From NCBI GenBank assembly GCA_964016885.1, contig OZ024743.1, positions 57,474,001 through 57,538,000 on the forward strand: DNA of 64,000 bases, read 5' to 3'. The stretch is from Eledone cirrhosa. Lineage: Eukaryota. The notes beneath the pieces were generated by a model that did no database searches, was not told the DNA's origin, and saw only the letters and a program-made list of their open reading frames with translations. Positions 57,841-64,000 of the stretch are shown piece after piece. Positions within the stretch are counted from its first letter, which is position 1. Each line of letters begins with the position of its first letter. The position numbers and the translations under genes are program-made.

Positions 57841-59270
57841 TGGAGAGAGGGAATAGCAGAGAGTGAGTGAGTGAAAGTGTGAGGAAGAGGCTAACAGAGA
57901 GAGTGACTGTTAGAGTGGGTAAAAGGACGTGAGAGATACAGAGAAAAGGGGAAGCAGTAAGAAAGAAACAGACGGGTCACAGCGGAGGAAATTATATATG
58001 AATATGAAAACATGGCGTGCTGCGTGGTTGCAAATGGGTTACATATGAATAAATTTATATATATATATATATATGAATGGATGAAAATCTATGTTGACAT
58101 CTGTGATATATGAATATTTAATGGCCAGTCTCACAATACTGCAAAGGCATATTATGCAGCTCTCTAATGATTCGACCAATCCAAAACAAGGCCCTTAACT
58201 CTTGATGGAATAGAACGCGTACTTTTCTGACACGTGACATGTCTGAGGAATTTTGTGCTTGGAAGAGTCAATTTCTCCCAGAGAAAGAGGAGAAAAATAA
58301 TAAAGAGTGATTTAGAGAAAGAATCAGACGCAGTACGGGACTGGTAAATTTTCGACCTCGAAACGCTGAGAGGAAAAGTTGACCATGGAAAGATTCGAAC
58401 TTAGAGTGCAGTGAGACGGAACAAGCACCGAATCATTTGCAACTCGACGCACCAAACCACTCTGCTGATTCGCCACATCACCAGTCCAAAATGTTGAAAA
58501 GAAAAGTTTGTATTTAATTTGAAAATAACTACAGTGTAAATTTTTAGGTTAGGTATTTGTTAGCTTTCTTTTCTTTGTCAGTTTTCAGTGTAAATTCACG
58601 AAAGAATATCAAATCAAATTCATTTCAATTTACATCTATATTCTATAGGCCATGAATTGGCAGGATAGAGTACTTTGTGGTATTCATTCCGGCTCTCTGC
58701 GCTCTCAGTTCAAATCTCACCGAGGTCAACTTTGCTTTTCACCCATCCGAACACGATGAAAAAAGTACCAGTCTAGTACTGGGGTTTATTTATCGTTCTA
58801 ATTTCCTTTCTCCCACTCTCTATCCTTCCCTGGGAGAAATTTGATGTACTCAGGCTTGGAGAGGGGATGAATTCTGCCAGTTTACAAAACAGCCCTAAGA
58901 AACGCCGTATGTCAATATCGCATCCCTACAACTCCACCAAGAGTAACGTGATCATACCATACCATCCCATATCATATCATTCGACATGTCTGCTGTGAAG
59001 GCAGCATGAAGAAGTTCGCTTCGCAATAATTAGGTCCCGACATCGACCCCACTATGTGGCACTTTGGGCAAGTGTCCTTTCCCATAGTCTCTAGTCGACC
59101 CATGCATGGAGTGTGAAACTGGAGAAGTCTATTTAACCCTTCCATGACCGCATTTCTAATGAAATATACTCTCTTTTAAATTAATGAAGAATTTTGAAGG
59201 ATTTACTAAGATTATTAGTTATTTTATTACTAAGATAGTAACTCAATGTAAAGTTCTTTTGTAAAATAAT

Positions 59271-59455
59271 TGTTTCTACTTTTGGCACAAGGGCAGCTAT
59301 TACCCCAGTGTATTACTGGTACTTTATTTTATAGACCCCGTAAGGATGAAAGGCAAAGTTAACCCCAGCGGGATTTGAACTCAGAATGGCAAGGGCCGTA
59401 ACTCAATGTGTCAAAGCATGGCGTCCGGCCCTCTACCGATACTGCCAATCCACCG
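59271..59455 (-). mobile_element. Meta-type tRNA SINE with target-site duplication
   Basis: Flanked by GTTCTTTT(G/A)TAAAATAAT; related decayed copies at 58335-58455, 58655-58800, 59600-59750. Confidence 0.85.
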
Positions 59456-60078
59456 TTCTTTTATAAAATAATGTTGGAAGATTTTAATTTAAATTGGAAA
59501 TCTTTAAAATGGCTGATTTTATTTTATAGAACCAAAGCCAGTTTTGGCCCGGTTGGTAACTAAAGGGTTTAAAGCTCGTTATATGGCCTATATCTGTCAG
59601 ACACCATGCTTTGTAGCACTGAGTTATGGCCCTTTACTTTCTGAGTTCAAATCCCGCCCAGGGTAATTTTGACCTTACGGGATCGATAAAATAAAGCACA
59701 AGTAATGCGTTGGGGGTAATTGCTGGCCTTGAGCCAAAAGTAGAAACAGTCAATGTCATAAGCAGGCTAGGCTGTTGTCTTGATTGATCAACTGGTACAC
59801 TCACCATCGAAACTGACGTAGGTCCATTCCAGACATTCCATATGTCTGTCACAGAAAATATGCCAACCATTTGTTACTATTTGAATTAGATTGGCAGATA
59901 ATTTTTTCCGCATGATTTATCCTTTTTCCTCTCTCATATTGAAAATAACTCTTTTGAAAAGTAAAAAAAAAAAATTATATATATATTCTAGTTCGACATT
60001 TTACTGACTAAATTGATATTTCAGCGCCCACAATTATAATGCCATACTGTACTACATGCGTATACACTAACATTAAAA

Positions 60079-61300
<1,222 letters not shown>

Positions 61301-61794
61301 CAAGTTAAAAGGTATATGTAGAGAAACAGAGTCATATATTATTTGAGAAACGATATATGACGCTTTCTCTCTCTACATATATCTTTTAACTTGAATTATT
61401 GATGCTCTGAACCAAGGCCCAATGCTTATTTATTGAGAAACGTCCATCATATATACTAAATATGTATTGATACTTTCACATAGTAAGTATATATAGAAAA
61501 ACCACAAACCCTCCATCTCAATTCTTCCTTTGGAAAGCATAAGAACTGTGAAGCAGGTAAAGGAAACAAATAAATATTCTTAAAAAGACTCCAGTTGCAT
61601 TTTCGATTTCATTTTTTCTCCTTACACTTTCACTAGTGTAGAACATTTCGTTTTTTTTTATTTAACCCCCCCCCCCTCTTCATTTTCTTATATATGTGTA
61701 TATATATATATATATTCGTGTATAGTGGTAGCTATGGTGCTTCCGTAGGCGGTATGCCAAAATTAGCACTCGATATCCATCAGAGTAGAGTGTA

Positions 61795-62110
61795 TATATT
61801 ATCAAGAAAATGAAAAATCAGTGATGCATCTGGACTTAGTTTATTTCGTGTTACAAATGTTTCGCCGGCATGTAGCTCGAGTCATGGTCCTTGTATGGAT
61901 CTGGCTGATTCTACTTCTGCGGGTTCTTTCAGACACGGGTGTTATGTCCGGAGCAAATTTTATTATGATAAAATTTGCTCCGGACATAACAGAATCAGCC
62001 AGATCCATACAAGGACCATGACTCGAGCTACATGCCGGCGAAACATTTGTAACACGAAATAAACTAAGTCCAGATGCATCACTGATTTTTCGTTTTCTTG
62101 ATAATATATA
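61795..62110. mobile_element. Palindromic mini-element; left arm carries a hammerhead with about 60-nt stem II (61847-61937, minus strand)
   Basis: CGTGT CTGAAAGA ACC-C-GCA...TGC-C-GGC GAAA CATTTG TA ACACG; the right arm lacks the roughly 28-bp core segment. Confidence 0.65.
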
Positions 62111-62170
62111 TATATATATATGCACATATATAAAGTTCAAACATTCATTTAATGTGGCTACGTAGTGAGC

Positions 62171-62219
62171 CTTGTCACTCTGGAGTTTCACCTGCGTACT
62201 CGCAGGATCATCAGGCAAG
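62171..62219 (-). ncRNA. Hammerhead motif (cleavage triplet GUG, probably inactive)
   Basis: CTTGC CTGATGA T CCTGCG AGTA CGCAGG T GAAA CTCCAGAG TG ACAAG. Confidence 0.62.
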
Positions 62220-62660
62220 AATGAGGAAATGAAGAAATGTAGATGAGTTTACACGCACGCATCTTCATCCTCGTCAGCCCTCAAACTAGTAAAATGGCTT
62301 CGCGCAATTTTTCTTTATTTCTTTCTTCCAGTAACTTCTATTCGCCAACACACTTCTCTTTGTCCTCTTCCTCTTTTAATCATCTCTATATTTCATCTGC
62401 CTCTCACGCACCTCGTGGATTGTTTCTCTGTTGACTACTGGCCGCTGGTTTCTGTTCTCTGAAGCCTTTTGTCCATCGATTATTTGACGGCATTTAGCTT
62501 TTAATTTTCTCATTTTTATATGTATTCAAATACACTTTCACTACGTCTCGATCAGAGCCATCATTGTTTTTTCATTTATATATATATGTATATATATTAT
62601 TGCATATCTCTCCATCTCTCTCTCTATCGCTCCCCCTCTCTCTCTCTATTTACATATATT

Positions 62661-62763
<103 letters not shown>

Positions 62764-63439
62764 GTAAATATATGTAAATATATTTAAAACGAAGGGAGGA
62801 AGCCAAGGTTATCAAATTAAAATCATTTTAAAAATATCTACCATCGTTTCTATATAGGTGATAATAGTACACGTATATGTAAACAACAAGTCAATCGGAA
62901 ACAGTTAATTCACAATTATTTGCACAAATCAATATATAAACACCAGTGTACCACCAGGGTTATGAAAAGGAATTGAATTTAACCAGATACATATTTCAAG
63001 GACATCTCAAATGTAGGACATAGGCAAACACTTGAACAACGGAAGCGAAGGCAGGGTAGAAGTATGAAATGGTAAATATGGCGAAGAAGTGTGTTTTTAG
63101 GCTGTGGTAAAAAGCAGTAATTCTTCTTCTTCTTCTTCTTCTTCTTCTTCTTCTTCTCCCCCTCATCCAAATCCCCCCACTTATCCCTCCCCTTCCTCAC
63201 TCCTAATTCCTCCACCTACTTTTCATAATTCCCCCCTTCTTTCCTCCCCACCCCACTCATTCCCTCTCATTCCCCCTCCTCCTCCTCGTTAGAGGAATGT
63301 TCATTGGTGATATTTAAATAATATACACATAAAGAAAAATAAACAAAAGCAAAAAGCGAAAATAGTTCAGAGTCCACAATAGTAATTAGGCTTCACATTA
63401 ATCGATATGCAATACAACTTATTATTATTATTATTATTA

Positions 63440-64000
63440 ATCCCGTCGAGGTTAACTTTGCCTTTCATCCTTACGGGGTCGATAAAATAAAGTACCAGTA
63501 ATGTACTGGGTAATTGCTGGCCTTGTGCCAAAAGTAGAAACAATTATTATTATATTGGCACAGGTTAACTTTGACTTTCATCCTTACGGGGTCGATACAA
63601 TAAAGTACCAGTCACGCACTGGGGTCGATTTAATCGACTTTCCCCTCCACCAAAATTGCTGGCCTTGAGCCTTATAAGAAACCATTATTATTATAGGTCG
63701 GTGGATTGGCAGTATCGGTAGAGGGTCGGATGCCATGCTTTGATGCATAGAGTTACAGCCCTTGCCATTCTGAGTTCAAATCCCACCGAGGTTAACTTTG
63801 CCTTTCATCCTTACGGGGTCGATAAAATAAAGTACCAGTAGTACACTGAGTGATTGCTGGCCTTGTGCCAACAGTAGAAACAATTATTATTATATTGGCA
63901 CACTCGGTAGAGTGTCGGACATTCTGCCTGTCATCCTTACGAGGTCGATAAAATAAAGCACCAGTCACGCACTGGGGTCGATTTAATCAATTTGCCTCTC
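63440..64000 (+). mobile_element. Head-to-tail cluster of at least 4 Meta-type SINE copies/fragments with (ATT)n tails
   Basis: Repeated GCCTTTCATCCTTACGGGGTCGATAAAATAAAGTACCAG; one full copy at 63696-63893. Confidence 0.85.

Noticed and set aside
63696-63790. tRNA genes at A/B-box sequences
   Set aside because: They are SINE heads followed by central domains and tails, with no intact cloverleaf.

Overview
AT-rich, microsatellite-saturated animal DNA with no supportable host protein-coding gene. Almost all ORFs in the track are translations of (TA)n, (CA)n, (CATA)n or (TAC)n repeats. The SINE and microsatellite repertoire resembles octopus/cephalopod DNA (inference). The window is a mosaic of decayed mobile elements: a Tx1/L1-type 3' end; two families of R4/Dong-type restriction-like-endonuclease retrotransposons (8 copies, each 3' end abutting CATA/TATG repeats); short internally deleted RTE elements with (TATG)n tails; two Penelope-like elements (PLEs) with GIY-YIG remnants; two inverted non-autonomous Helitrons; a Tigger/pogo fossil; and many tRNA-derived SINEs. 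The most striking structure found by eye is about 18 type-I hammerhead ribozyme motifs, intact to decayed, inside small non-coding, often fold-back elements embedded in (TA)n. These hammerheads show recurrent features: a C.C mismatch at the 4th position of stem II, a U3-A8 core variant, and palindromic stem III loops. A shared downstream TGAGTGCT motif links the elements. One 450-nt unit is circularly permuted, like a retrozyme. Dong-type elements repeatedly sit tail-to-tail in the (TATG)n tails of the RTE derivatives. All folds and alignments were done manually.
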